DNA from: Candidatus Staskawiczbacteria bacterium
GTDB lineage: Bacteria; Patescibacteriota; Minisyncoccia; Minisyncoccales; Staskawiczbacteraceae
Direction: 5' to 3'
Assembly: GCA_026395175.1 (NCBI GenBank)
Contig: JAPLZF010000012.1
Coordinates: forward strand, 1-42,156
DNA: 42,156 nucleotides
Positions 18,083 through 26,732 of this stretch are shown here, piece by piece. Under the pieces are notes generated by a model. It had not been told where the DNA came from, did not search any database, and saw only the letters and a list, made by a program, of their open reading frames with translations. How positions within the stretch are numbered: the stretch's first letter is position 1; each line of letters opens with the position of its first letter. A program made the translations under genes and the position numbers.

Positions 18083-18766
18083 ATGACAATTCCTAAGCAC
18101 ATAGTTTTATTCCCAGACGGCAACCGAAGATGGGCAAGAGAAAAAGGAATGCACACGTTGGAAGGCCATAAAAAAGGTTATGACAATCTTTTGGATTTTT
18201 CTGAATGGTGCAAAAATAGGGGAGTGAAGACTCTTACAGCTTTTGGTTTTTCAACTGAAAATTGGAACAGAAGCCCAGAAGAAGTAGATTACCTAATGAA
18301 ACTTTTAGAAAAATGCTTATTGGATAATTTATTAAAATATGATAAAGATGGCATAAGAGTTCGCGTAATAGGGCAGAGAGAAAGATTGCCAAAAACCTTG
18401 CAGGAAGCAGTTGTAAAAGTGGAAGACGCCACAAAAAATAATTCTAACTTGTTTTTGAATTTTGCAATTAGTTATGGCGGAAAATGGGACATTTTAAATG
18501 CAGTTAAAAAAATAATTCAGGCAGGAACTCCGGCAGAAGAAGTAGATGAAAAACTTTTTGAAGCATATTTATCAACCACTGGCTTGCCGACCCCAGATTT
18601 TATAATCCGCGCAGGTGGCGAAATGCGGCTTTCTAATTTTGTTTTGTGGCAAGCGGCTTATGCAGAATTATATTTTTCGCCAAAGTATTGGCCGGATTTT
18701 TCAGAACAAGATTTGGACACAGCCCTTGCCGAATTCGACAAAAGGGCCCGCCGCTTCGGCAAATAA
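18083..18766 (+). CDS. uppS: Undecaprenyl diphosphate synthase
   Basis: PKHI...DGNRRWA, FSTENWNR, RLSNFVLWQAAYAE. Confidence 0.96.
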   Translation: MTIPKHIVLFPDGNRRWAREKGMHTLEGHKKGYDNLLDFSEWCKNRGVKTLTAFGFSTENWNRSPEEVDYLMKLLEKCLLDNLLKYDKDGIRVRVIGQRERLPKTLQEAVVKVEDATKNNSNLFLNFAISYGGKWDILNAVKKIIQAGTPAEEVDEKLFEAYLSTTGLPTPDFIIRAGGEMRLSNFVLWQAAYAELYFSPKYWPDFSEQDLDTALAEFDKRARRFGK

Positions 18767-18797
18767 AAAACAGGGGATTGAGCCCTGTTTTTTTATT
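18762..18797. terminator. Bidirectional terminator
   Basis: AAAAAACAGGG-GATTGAG-CCCTGTTTTTT between convergent genes. Confidence 0.8.
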
Positions 18798-18798
18798 G

Positions 18799-19293
18799 CT
18801 AGTTTGTTTTGGATAAGGTTTTTGCCATGTCCAGCCATTTTGGTGCGCGGGGTTTATTTTTGTATTTTGAAGATGATTTGTGAATTTCTATTAAAGAGTT
18901 AAGCTCGTTCTTTTTCCAGCCGGTTAGGGGTTTGCCTTTATTTTTTTGAATTATTTCAACTGCTTTTGCCCATAAACCAAAATCTTTTTTCTTTTTATCT
19001 GCCAAACAATTTTTTTTAAAAAATGGTACAACAGTTTCTGTAATGTCTGAAATTTTTTGCACAGAGAATCTTGCCTGGTCTTTTGAAATAGAAATATCTC
19101 CGCAATCCATTTCTCTTTTTATTTTTTCTAAAATTTTAATGTCATTTTTTGGAGCTGTCACAACAAATTGTGCCTTCCACCGGTAGTAAGTGGGGGAGTT
19201 GGTTCGGTCGTGCCTTTGGTCTTTTCTAAATTGCAAATCAAAGCACCCGTCATTATTTACCAGGCTAACAATATTGAAATTTTCTTTCGCCAT
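18799..19293 (-). CDS. Free-standing single-motif LAGLIDADG-family protein (degenerate motif)
   Basis: IVSLVNNDGCF helix, then F.VT...ILEKIK...CG.I, RFSV, VVPFFKKN.L..KKKKDF.LW pattern typical of LAGLIDADG endonucleases. Confidence 0.75.
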   Translation of the reverse strand: MAKENFNIVSLVNNDGCFDLQFRKDQRHDRTNSPTYYRWKAQFVVTAPKNDIKILEKIKREMDCGDISISKDQARFSVQKISDITETVVPFFKKNCLADKKKKDFGLWAKAVEIIQKNKGKPLTGWKKNELNSLIEIHKSSSKYKNKPRAPKWLDMAKTLSKTN

Positions 19294-19323
19294 ATTTTTA
19301 AAATATTTTATTTGTATATTTTA

Positions 19324-19351
19324 TTGTAGCAGATATTCTATTATGCGACAA
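19324..19351 (-). other. dif-like site A (11-6-11)
   Basis: Minus strand TTGTCGCATAA-TAGAAT-ATCTGCTACAA; extra half-site GTGTCGCACAA at 19366-19376. Confidence 0.55.
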
Positions 19352-19396
19352 TGCCCTAGTTTTTATTGTGCGACACTTGGGCGTTGTTCAGTAAAT

Positions 19397-20368
19397 TTAT
19401 TTTTTGTCGGGGTCGGAGTGGAATTGGTGGTGGATGTCGCGGAGGCGCTTGTTGGTTACGTGCGTGTAAATTTGCGTTGTGGCAATATTACTGTGGCCTA
19501 AAAATTCTTGAATGCTTCGAAGGTCAACTCCTTGGTTTAGTAAATCAGTAGCGTAACTGTGGCGCAATGTATGAGGTGTGGTAAAAATTGGCACGCCAGA
19601 AAGCAGAGCATATTTTTTTACCATGCGTTCTATAGAGCGTGGAGTTAGCCTGGCATCTGCATCATCCTTTTTATCACGAAAGTTTATAAACAAAGCTTTT
19701 TGGTTTGCGTGCTTAACATTGTTTCTTATTTCAAGATATTTTCTAATAAAGTTTAATGCGCGTTCAGAAAAATAAACCACGCGGGGTTTCCCGCCTTTTC
19801 CAATAACGCCCAGTTCCATATCCTTTTTATTTTTTATGCTGTTAAACTGTTCAAGATTTAAAGCAGTAAGCTCGGCAATGCGAAGTCCGGTTGAGAAAAA
19901 GGCCTCTAAAATAGCCCTGTCCCGGGTGCTAATATCATCTTTTGGCTCAATAGATGCTAAAAGCTTGCTAACCTGCTCTAAAGTAAGGAATTTTATGCTT
20001 TTTGAGCCCTTATCTGGCTTTGAGAGGGCTATTTTGTCTGGGGGCAAGGACAAGACGTCTTTTGCCACAAAGTAGCCCAAATACGCCCTTAGGGCGATTA
20101 AATAGTAGTTCTGGGTGCCTTTAGACAGCAATTTGCCGGTGGCGGGGCTAGGCTGGCGGGAAAGGTATAATCTATATGCCCAAATGTTGTCGGCGGTCAG
20201 TTGATGGGGGAGAAGTGAGCTATTTTTCTCCTGGTCTAGCCAACCAAAAAATTTTTGCAAATAATTTTTATAATTCTCCTGAGTATTTTTTCTCAAACCT
20301 TTTTCAACCTCGCAAAAGTCTAAAAAATCTTGCAGGTGGTTTATAATTGGTTTTGATGATTTCTTCAT
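19397..20368 (-). CDS. XerC/XerD-family tyrosine recombinase
   Basis: N-terminal SAM-like domain; TGLRIAEL, GKGGK, HTLRHSYAT, LGH, TTQIYTHV (complete R-K-H-R-H-Y set). Confidence 0.93.
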   Translation of the reverse strand: MKKSSKPIINHLQDFLDFCEVEKGLRKNTQENYKNYLQKFFGWLDQEKNSSLLPHQLTADNIWAYRLYLSRQPSPATGKLLSKGTQNYYLIALRAYLGYFVAKDVLSLPPDKIALSKPDKGSKSIKFLTLEQVSKLLASIEPKDDISTRDRAILEAFFSTGLRIAELTALNLEQFNSIKNKKDMELGVIGKGGKPRVVYFSERALNFIRKYLEIRNNVKHANQKALFINFRDKKDDADARLTPRSIERMVKKYALLSGVPIFTTPHTLRHSYATDLLNQGVDLRSIQEFLGHSNIATTQIYTHVTNKRLRDIHHQFHSDPDKK

Positions 20369-20393
20369 TGTTTTAAAGAGTCCCTATTGTATA

Positions 20394-20421
20394 ACGTCGC
20401 TTTACCTACATTTTGCGACAT
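20394..20421 (-). promoter_or_regulatory. dif-like site B in the xer leader (possible autoregulatory operator)
   Basis: Plus strand ACGTCGCTTTA-CCTACA-TTTTGCGACAT, located between the xer promoter and the xer start codon. Confidence 0.5.
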
Positions 20422-20434
20422 ACTCTCTATCCTA

Positions 20435-20463
20435 ATAATAGCCGTCCCCTAGGCCTATGTCAA
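20435..20463 (-). promoter_or_regulatory. Sigma70 promoter of xer
   Basis: Minus strand TTGACA-17bp-TATTAT. Confidence 0.7.
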
Positions 20464-20491
20464 GAAAAAAGATGACCCAACAAACTACAAC

Positions 20492-20854
20492 TTATTTGGC
20501 AGGCGGAGTTTGTGCAGGACAGTTTTGTGGGTCGCCTGGATGCACAATACTATTTTCTACTCCAGAAAAATAATTTGAAATTTTTTCTCCAATATTTTCT
20601 GAAACTTTATTTTTTTCTTGCGCAACTTCGTTTTTTATGATGGCTCCCCTATTTTGCACCTCCCCGGTTACTTTTGGATAGATTTTGGAGGTGGCCCATT
20701 CAGACCCTTTTGATAAATATGCCGAGGCTTTGCTTCCTGCGCCAGACAAAAGGGTTTTTCCAACTTCCCACGAATATGCTTTCTGGCTCAAAAATATGGC
20801 CAATAATATAATAATTATAATTACAATATATTTTATGGTGCCTCGTGTATTCAT
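20492..20854 (-). CDS. Hypothetical membrane-anchored protein
   Basis: N-terminal hydrophobic helix (YIVIIIIILLAIFL); fills the gap in the operon direction. Confidence 0.7.
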   Translation of the reverse strand: MNTRGTIKYIVIIIIILLAIFLSQKAYSWEVGKTLLSGAGSKASAYLSKGSEWATSKIYPKVTGEVQNRGAIIKNEVAQEKNKVSENIGEKISNYFSGVENSIVHPGDPQNCPAQTPPAK

Positions 20855-20885
20855 ATTAAAAAAATTAATTATATTATTCCCCTAT

Positions 20886-20913
20886 TTGTCGCACAATAGA
20901 CATTATATTACAA
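20886..20913 (+). other. dif-like site C (best dif candidate)
   Basis: TTGTCGCACAA-TAGACA-TTATATTACAA resembles E. coli dif GGTGCGCATAA-TGTATA-TTATGTTAAAT; overlaps the gltX stop codon. Confidence 0.6.
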
Positions 20914-22404
20914 TAATTTTATTGCTTCCTGTATTCTTTTTAAGGTTTTTTCCTTTCCCAAAATATTGGCTATTTCAAATGGGCTTGGTGAGGATTGCTT
21001 GCCAGATAATGCCACACGTAATGGCCACAGCATATAGCCTTTGTTTTTTTCCGGATAATTTTTTTCCAAATTAAATTTTTCAGATGCCAAAAATAATTCT
21101 ACTTCTATATTTTTTAATTCCCATTTTTTATTTTCAGATAATATTTTTTCAGAATATTTCAAGGAGTCTTTTATCTCACTCTCCCCCATCTTGTTCCACG
21201 ACAATAAATTTTTATCATATTTTAGTTTATCGGCAAAGAAAAAATCTGACAATTCAACAATGTCGGATAATTTTTTCATTCTGGTTTTTGAAACCTCAAT
21301 AATTTCCTGCAATTTATTTTGTGTAATTTGTCCTGCAACCAAAAGCCCTGCTTCTTTCAAATATGGCGTGCAAAGTTCTGTCAGTTTTTCTATTGGTTTT
21401 TCCCGAATATAAAAACCATTCAAAGAATCTAGTTTTTGTATATTGAATATGGCGCCCGATTTCTGCACTTTTTCTATGGAAAATTCCTTTGACAATTGCG
21501 ACAATGAAAACACTTCTTCTTCTGTTCCCGGGTTCCAGCCCAGCAAAGCCATAAAGTTAATCAGGGCCTCGGGCAAATATCCCTGGTCCTTGTATTCTGT
21601 CACAGAAACTGCTCCAAACCTCTTGCTCATTTTGGACCTGTCGGGCGCCAAAATTAAAGGCAAGTGTCCATATTCAGGGTGATAAAACCCCAAAGCCTCC
21701 TGAATTAAGAGCTGTTTTGGTGTGTTTGAAATGTGGTCTTCACCCCTTATCACGTGGCTAATTTTCATTTCAAAGTCATCAACAACAGCAGTAAAGTTAT
21801 ACAACGGAGTTTCAAAATCTTTTGCAATAATAATGTCGCCCATTAAGATTGTGTCAAACTCCACTTCTCCTCGAATTAAATCATTAAATTTTATTTTTTT
21901 ATTTTCTACGCGAAATCTTATTACAGATAGTTTTTTTTCTGCAAAGTTTTTTTCGATAATTTTTTCTGGCAGGTGCGCGCAGGTTCCGTCATATTTTGGC
22001 GCTAATCCCCTACTCATCTGCTCTTGCCTTTTATTTTCCAGTTCTTCTGTTGTGCAAAAACAAAAGTAAGCTTTATCCTCATCTAAAAGTTTTTTTAAAT
22101 ACTTTTCGTAAAGATTATTTCTTTGAGATTGCTTATATGGACCAAATTTTCCATCAATATCCGGTCCCTCGTCCCATTTAATTCCCAGCCATTTTAGACC
22201 ATCTATTATGTCCTGTACCCATCTTAATTCAGACCTTTCTTTGTCTGTGTCTTCAACACGCAAAATAAATTTGCCGTGATTTTTTTTGGCAAATAAATAA
22301 TTGAAAAGCGCGCTTCGGGCTGTGCCAATATGCAAAGCCCCTGTTGGAGACGGCGCAATTCTAACCCTTACTGGCATATTTATTTTTGTATTTTCTTTTT
22401 TCAT
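20908..22404 (-). CDS. gltX: Glutamate--tRNA ligase
   Basis: RVRIAPSPTG.LHIG, LRVEDTD, HVIRGEDH, KMSKR; ATG at 22404 (MKKENT). Confidence 0.97.
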   Translation of the reverse strand: MKKENTKINMPVRVRIAPSPTGALHIGTARSALFNYLFAKKNHGKFILRVEDTDKERSELRWVQDIIDGLKWLGIKWDEGPDIDGKFGPYKQSQRNNLYEKYLKKLLDEDKAYFCFCTTEELENKRQEQMSRGLAPKYDGTCAHLPEKIIEKNFAEKKLSVIRFRVENKKIKFNDLIRGEVEFDTILMGDIIIAKDFETPLYNFTAVVDDFEMKISHVIRGEDHISNTPKQLLIQEALGFYHPEYGHLPLILAPDRSKMSKRFGAVSVTEYKDQGYLPEALINFMALLGWNPGTEEEVFSLSQLSKEFSIEKVQKSGAIFNIQKLDSLNGFYIREKPIEKLTELCTPYLKEAGLLVAGQITQNKLQEIIEVSKTRMKKLSDIVELSDFFFADKLKYDKNLLSWNKMGESEIKDSLKYSEKILSENKKWELKNIEVELFLASEKFNLEKNYPEKNKGYMLWPLRVALSGKQSSPSPFEIANILGKEKTLKRIQEAIKLL

Positions 22405-22416
22405 ATTGTTGGTAGC

Positions 22417-22440
22417 AGTCAGGTTGTCGTACGGCAACCT
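22417..22440. repeat. Palindromic site 1
   Basis: AGTCAGGTTGTCGTACGGCAACCT; exact reverse complement of 24422-24445. Confidence 0.92.
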
Positions 22441-22630
22441 AATGCTTTATAATAACCTTTAATTTATTTAAATCAATGTCCTTTTTAAAAATTATGAAAT
22501 CTCTTCCCATCTTCATTGCCTTGATTGAACCATTGTGTATTCGTTTTAATACAGATTGCTTGCTAATTCCCAGAATAACCACTAATTCGTTTGTCGTATA
22601 AAAGTCTTTTTCTTTTATTATTTTACTCAT
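22439..22630 (-). CDS. Excisionase-like HTH (HTH_17) DNA-binding protein
   Basis: FYTTNELVVILGISKQSVLKRIHNGSIKAMKMGRDFII; ATG at 22630. Confidence 0.85.
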   Translation of the reverse strand: MSKIIKEKDFYTTNELVVILGISKQSVLKRIHNGSIKAMKMGRDFIIFKKDIDLNKLKVIIKH

Positions 22631-22637
22631 GTTTTTC

Positions 22638-22657
22638 AGGTTGTCGTACGACAACCT
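22638..22657. repeat. Palindromic site 2 (perfect 20-bp palindrome)
   Basis: AGGTTGTCGT-ACGACAACCT. Confidence 0.92.
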
Positions 22658-24401
22658 AAGCTACTTCGGTGTTGTAACACTGTTCGCAATATACTATCTC
22701 GGGACGGTCAGGAGAATAACTAGTCTCAAATTCGTTAAGGCACTTTCCACTATGATGCGAATGATTCATGTTGCACATGCACTGCCGATGCCATAATTTC
22801 ATTGGATTTCTTTGCTCTATTCTTTCTCCGTGTCTACAATTTGGACAAAGTCGTGGAATAGGAATTTTTAATTGACGATAAAATTGTAATTCTTGAGGTA
22901 CCATACGAAAAGCCTTTGAACATTGGTGTTTGCATTTGCCAGCGTGTATACAACCTATTATTTCATTAGTAATAGAATCATCAGCAACTTCGATGTCAGG
23001 GATTACCTCTGGTTGTAATGTGATATCATAATTATTTTGTTTAACATCACGCCAATTAAATCCTAATTTTTCTGCTTTATCTTTTTCAAGCGGGAAAAAT
23101 TCTTGTGCGGTGGTTTCATTGTATCCGAATGGACTCATTTTAACTGGAAAAAATTCTCCATAGCGATATATTCTACCTTTGTCATCAATATATGGGTTGT
23201 TATTCATTTGGTCTATAATAGTTTGACGCAATTGATAATATTCCTCTTGCGGGTATTTCTTATTTAGGATGCAATATTCTTTTTTATTCATGCCCATAGA
23301 ACCAAATATATTTTTGCTACCTACGCTAAATGCACTATATTCAATATCATAGCAGTTTGTAACCGCCCACCAAGCAAACCGTATACGTGATGCTTGGTCT
23401 CCCGACTGCATAACTTCATAAAGCAAAGAAGAGTTAATCCCGAAATTTATAAAATCATATGCGTCTTTTAATCCAGGAGAAGTCACAAAGGAACAAAACT
23501 TGCAATCCTCGGCATTACCCACACAATAAGAATTAAGGGTATTTTTTGAATCAAAAATATAATCTCCACTAACATTATTATTACGAATTCCGTGCATATA
23601 TTTATTAGGGAATTTCAGCCAAAATTCACGTGCCTTTCCTTTTGCACTAACGATATCATTCCAAGTGGTTGTATTTTCCTTAACAAATTTTTCAAAATCT
23701 TCTTTAGAAACTGGGTTATTATAGACGCAATACTTCTGATTCTTAAGATTAACGCAACCAAAACAATTCTGGCAGCCGATACAGTTTTTTGAAAAATATA
23801 TATTATTACATTCCTTACAGTCTTGCGAATAAAAAGTTTTATAACACTTGTTGCAGTTTATTGTGTCATAGCAAAGTTCACCCTCCTCTAACATAAGATT
23901 GTCCACGCTATCCTTTGTGTGATTAACAAAACTACCATAAGTAACATTTTCACTATAATCACTATAAGTTATCATGTAGCAATTTTTTAAATAGCTTACC
24001 ATATTTGTATAATCTGAATTCACGAGCGTTGTATAAAGACCATAAAGACTTGGAACGGGTACTTTATGCAAAAGTTCTTGAAATTGAGCAAGAAAAGGTT
24101 TTTTAGGGTTAAAATTAATTCCATAATCAGTGGCATCCCAATCATCGCCCCACCAACAGGGATTGCAATAGACTACAAATTTACTGTCTGGAGAAAAAAT
24201 AGAAATAATACTTTTACTACATTTAGCACAAGTGTGCCTATGAAGCGTCCTCTCATTACGCCAAGCCAAACGCCTTACTAAGCGACATTCAGGGCAAAAG
24301 GTTGGTGCTGGAACTTTTATTTTTTCGTAAAACGCAAAATCATCGGGCTCTATTACGAACTCCTTTTTACAATTCTGACATACCTTAATTTCTTGTTCCA
24401 T
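22656..24401 (-). CDS. Cys-rich repeat / zinc-ribbon protein of a family common in CPR; function unknown
   Basis: CQNCKKEF..PTFCPECR..RRLAWRNER, repeated CxxCxxC segments, C-terminal VYCEQCY. Confidence 0.85.
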   Translation of the reverse strand: MEQEIKVCQNCKKEFVIEPDDFAFYEKIKVPAPTFCPECRLVRRLAWRNERTLHRHTCAKCSKSIISIFSPDSKFVVYCNPCWWGDDWDATDYGINFNPKKPFLAQFQELLHKVPVPSLYGLYTTLVNSDYTNMVSYLKNCYMITYSDYSENVTYGSFVNHTKDSVDNLMLEEGELCYDTINCNKCYKTFYSQDCKECNNIYFSKNCIGCQNCFGCVNLKNQKYCVYNNPVSKEDFEKFVKENTTTWNDIVSAKGKAREFWLKFPNKYMHGIRNNNVSGDYIFDSKNTLNSYCVGNAEDCKFCSFVTSPGLKDAYDFINFGINSSLLYEVMQSGDQASRIRFAWWAVTNCYDIEYSAFSVGSKNIFGSMGMNKKEYCILNKKYPQEEYYQLRQTIIDQMNNNPYIDDKGRIYRYGEFFPVKMSPFGYNETTAQEFFPLEKDKAEKLGFNWRDVKQNNYDITLQPEVIPDIEVADDSITNEIIGCIHAGKCKHQCSKAFRMVPQELQFYRQLKIPIPRLCPNCRHGERIEQRNPMKLWHRQCMCNMNHSHHSGKCLNEFETSYSPDRPEIVYCEQCYNTEVA

Positions 24402-24421
24402 GTTTTTGTCTTGAATTATTC

Positions 24422-24445
24422 AGGTTGCCGTACGACAACCTGACT
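24422..24445. repeat. Palindromic site 3
   Basis: AGGTTGCCGTACGACAACCTGACT. Confidence 0.92.
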
Positions 24446-24469
24446 TGTCTTGTTCTATGTCGATATTTT

Positions 24470-25585
24470 TTAGTCCAGCATTAAGAATTCTAAAATTTCA
24501 CGGGCAAGCGCGCGGGCTGCCAGCGGTTTTGCAAAAGCCAAAGCAGATTGCTTCATTTGCTCCAATTTTTCTTTGTGTAAAAATAACAATTGAATTTTTT
24601 CCATAAAAAAGTTTGGCGTTAAATTTTGCTGTTCTAAAACTTCTGCAGCTCCGGTTTCTGAATACGCGTAAGCATTTTTTGACTGGTGGTCACCGGCCGC
24701 AGACGGAAGCGGAATTAAAATGCTTGGCTTGCCACATGCGGCAATTTCAAAAATTGAGCCCGACCCCGAGCGCGAAATTATCAAGTCAGATGCCTTATAG
24801 GCATGTTTCATTTTTTCCTCATCTAAAAATCCAATCGGATGATAATATCGGTCTAAATCTTTTTCTTCTATGACCTGCGCTTCGGCAGATGTCTGTTTAA
24901 CATTTTGCGCGCCGGTAACATGAATTATTTCATAATCTTTTAGCAGGTCATTTAAAATTCTTAAAACAAAATCGTTAATTGTTTCTGCTCCCTGCGAGCC
25001 TCCAATTATTAAAATTATTGGTTTTGAAAGAGTCAAATTGAAAATTTCAGCGGCTTTTTGCTTGTCGCCCTCCAAAATTTCTTTTCTTATGGGGTTTCCA
25101 ATTAAAATTGTTTTTGCCGAACCAAAGTATTCTGTTTTTGGAAATGAAATAAAAATTTTCTTTGCCCATTTTGACGTAATTTGGTTGGACAAGCCCGGCA
25201 CAATGTCTGACTCGTGTAAAAATACGGGAATTCTTAAAATTCTGGCTGAATAAGTCACGGCAATAGAACCCGAGCCTCCCTTGCTAAAAATCAAGTCAGG
25301 TTTAATTGTCAAAAGCAAAAAAAAGCTTTGGATTACTCCGAATGGAATTTTAAATAAAATATCAGCAAAATTTTTAAAAGAAAAATATCTTCGTATTTTG
25401 CCGGAAATTATTTTTTTTATAATAAAGTCTTCCTGCGAAAGCAAAAGCAAACCAAATTCGTCTTTTGGGCCAATATAATAAAACTCTAAATCCTTCTTTG
25501 GGTAAATTCTCCTTGTCTCTCGGACAACAGCCACAATCGGAAAAATGTGCCCACCTGTGCCTCCTCCTGTAAATAGTATTTTCAT
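24470..25585 (-). CDS. murG: Undecaprenyl-PP-MurNAc-pentapeptide GlcNAc transferase
   Basis: TGGGTGGHIFP, HESD, GNPIR, GGSQGA, SRSG, HQSKNA. Confidence 0.96.
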   Translation of the reverse strand: MKILFTGGGTGGHIFPIVAVVRETRRIYPKKDLEFYYIGPKDEFGLLLLSQEDFIIKKIISGKIRRYFSFKNFADILFKIPFGVIQSFFLLLTIKPDLIFSKGGSGSIAVTYSARILRIPVFLHESDIVPGLSNQITSKWAKKIFISFPKTEYFGSAKTILIGNPIRKEILEGDKQKAAEIFNLTLSKPIILIIGGSQGAETINDFVLRILNDLLKDYEIIHVTGAQNVKQTSAEAQVIEEKDLDRYYHPIGFLDEEKMKHAYKASDLIISRSGSGSIFEIAACGKPSILIPLPSAAGDHQSKNAYAYSETGAAEVLEQQNLTPNFFMEKIQLLFLHKEKLEQMKQSALAFAKPLAARALAREILEFLMLD

Positions 25586-25604
25586 ATGTTTAATAATAGC
25601 AAAA

Positions 25605-26732
25605 TTATGTATTTTTTGAAATATTCAGCAAGAGTCCTACGCCAATAAGTTCAACTGTCAGGTGAGAGCCGCCATAGGAAAAAAATGGTAATGGAATTCC
25701 TGCCAGCGGGAAAATTCCCGCCACCGAAGCCATGTTAACAAATGCCTGCAAAGTTATCCAAAAAACAATTCCAATGGCTGTCATCTTTGAAAATCTGTCG
25801 TTTGAATTTTTGGCAATTTGAATGCCCAGCCAGAAAAAATAAATAAAAGCTGAAATTAAAATAACGCACCCGACTATTCCCAACTCCTCTCCAATTATTG
25901 CAAAAATGGAATCAGACATCGCCTGCGGTAAAAAACCAAATTTTTGTGTTGACATTCCCAAACCTTTTCCAAATACTCCGCCAGAACCCAATGAAATTAG
26001 AGATTGTCTAAGTTGAAAGCCTTTCCCTAATGGATCTGAGTCCGGGTGCAAAAAGATTAGCCAGCGGTCCAGGCGATAAGGTTCGAATTTTACCATAAAC
26101 AGCAGCGAACTTATTCCGCCGACTACTATTAGCAAAGTGTGCCACAAGGGCGTTCTTGCCGAAAAATAAAGAGCAAGTAAGGTTATTGAAATAATTCCCA
26201 GTGTGCTGGCATCTCTCTGAAAATACAGCCCAACAGAAATTAAACCCAAGAAAACTATAAAAGGCAGAAGCACATATATAATGTTGTGGTAACTGTTTTT
26301 TGTTGCAGATTTCCAGTCTTTTGCCTGTGAGTCGGCTAATTTAGAGGCAATCCATGCCGATAAATAAAGAATGGCTGTAATTTTTAAGAACTCCGACGGC
26401 TGTATGGAAAAAATTCCTATTCCAACCCATCGGCTGGCGCCTCCTGCGTTTGTGCCAATTTTTGGCAAAAAAACTAAAAACAGGGCAATTAAATTGAGAA
26501 CAACCAGCAACGGCACCCACTTTTTTAGAAATTTCAAGGAAATTTTGTATGCAATAATTCCCAAAATAATTCCGGGCAAAAGCCCTACAAGTAATTGGTG
26601 CAACAAATAATAGTTTGTGGTTCCAAATCTCTGCAAAGACGCCGGAGCCGAAAGGCACGCCAAAAATAAAAAACTGAAGCCAACCAAAAACACAACCAAG
26701 AAAAATAAAAAATAATTAAATTGTTTGTGCAT
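25605..26732 (-). CDS. ftsW: SEDS-family peptidoglycan glycosyltransferase FtsW
   Basis: GASRW, IQPSEFLK, SDSIFAIIGEELG, GIPLPFFSYGGS; adjacent to murG/murD. Confidence 0.9.
   Translation of the reverse strand: MHKQFNYFLFFLVVFLVGFSFLFLACLSAPASLQRFGTTNYYLLHQLLVGLLPGIILGIIAYKISLKFLKKWVPLLVVLNLIALFLVFLPKIGTNAGGASRWVGIGIFSIQPSEFLKITAILYLSAWIASKLADSQAKDWKSATKNSYHNIIYVLLPFIVFLGLISVGLYFQRDASTLGIISITLLALYFSARTPLWHTLLIVVGGISSLLFMVKFEPYRLDRWLIFLHPDSDPLGKGFQLRQSLISLGSGGVFGKGLGMSTQKFGFLPQAMSDSIFAIIGEELGIVGCVILISAFIYFFWLGIQIAKNSNDRFSKMTAIGIVFWITLQAFVNMASVAGIFPLAGIPLPFFSYGGSHLTVELIGVGLLLNISKNT

Noticed and set aside
18799-19293. Group I intron or intein carrying the LAGLIDADG ORF
   Set aside because: Flanking uppS and xer are intact, and there is no room for a ribozyme core or split host gene.
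22405-22654. Longer starts for gltX (MPYDNL) and the HTH gene (MSYDNL)
   Set aside because: Both are TTG starts inside the palindromic sites; the shared YDNL peptide is a by-product of the repeat.
22417-24445. Classical integron attC array
   Set aside because: The sites are only 20-24 bp and lack RYYYAAC/GTTRRRY ends; the nearby tyrosine recombinase looks Xer-like, with no evident IntI-specific insertion.
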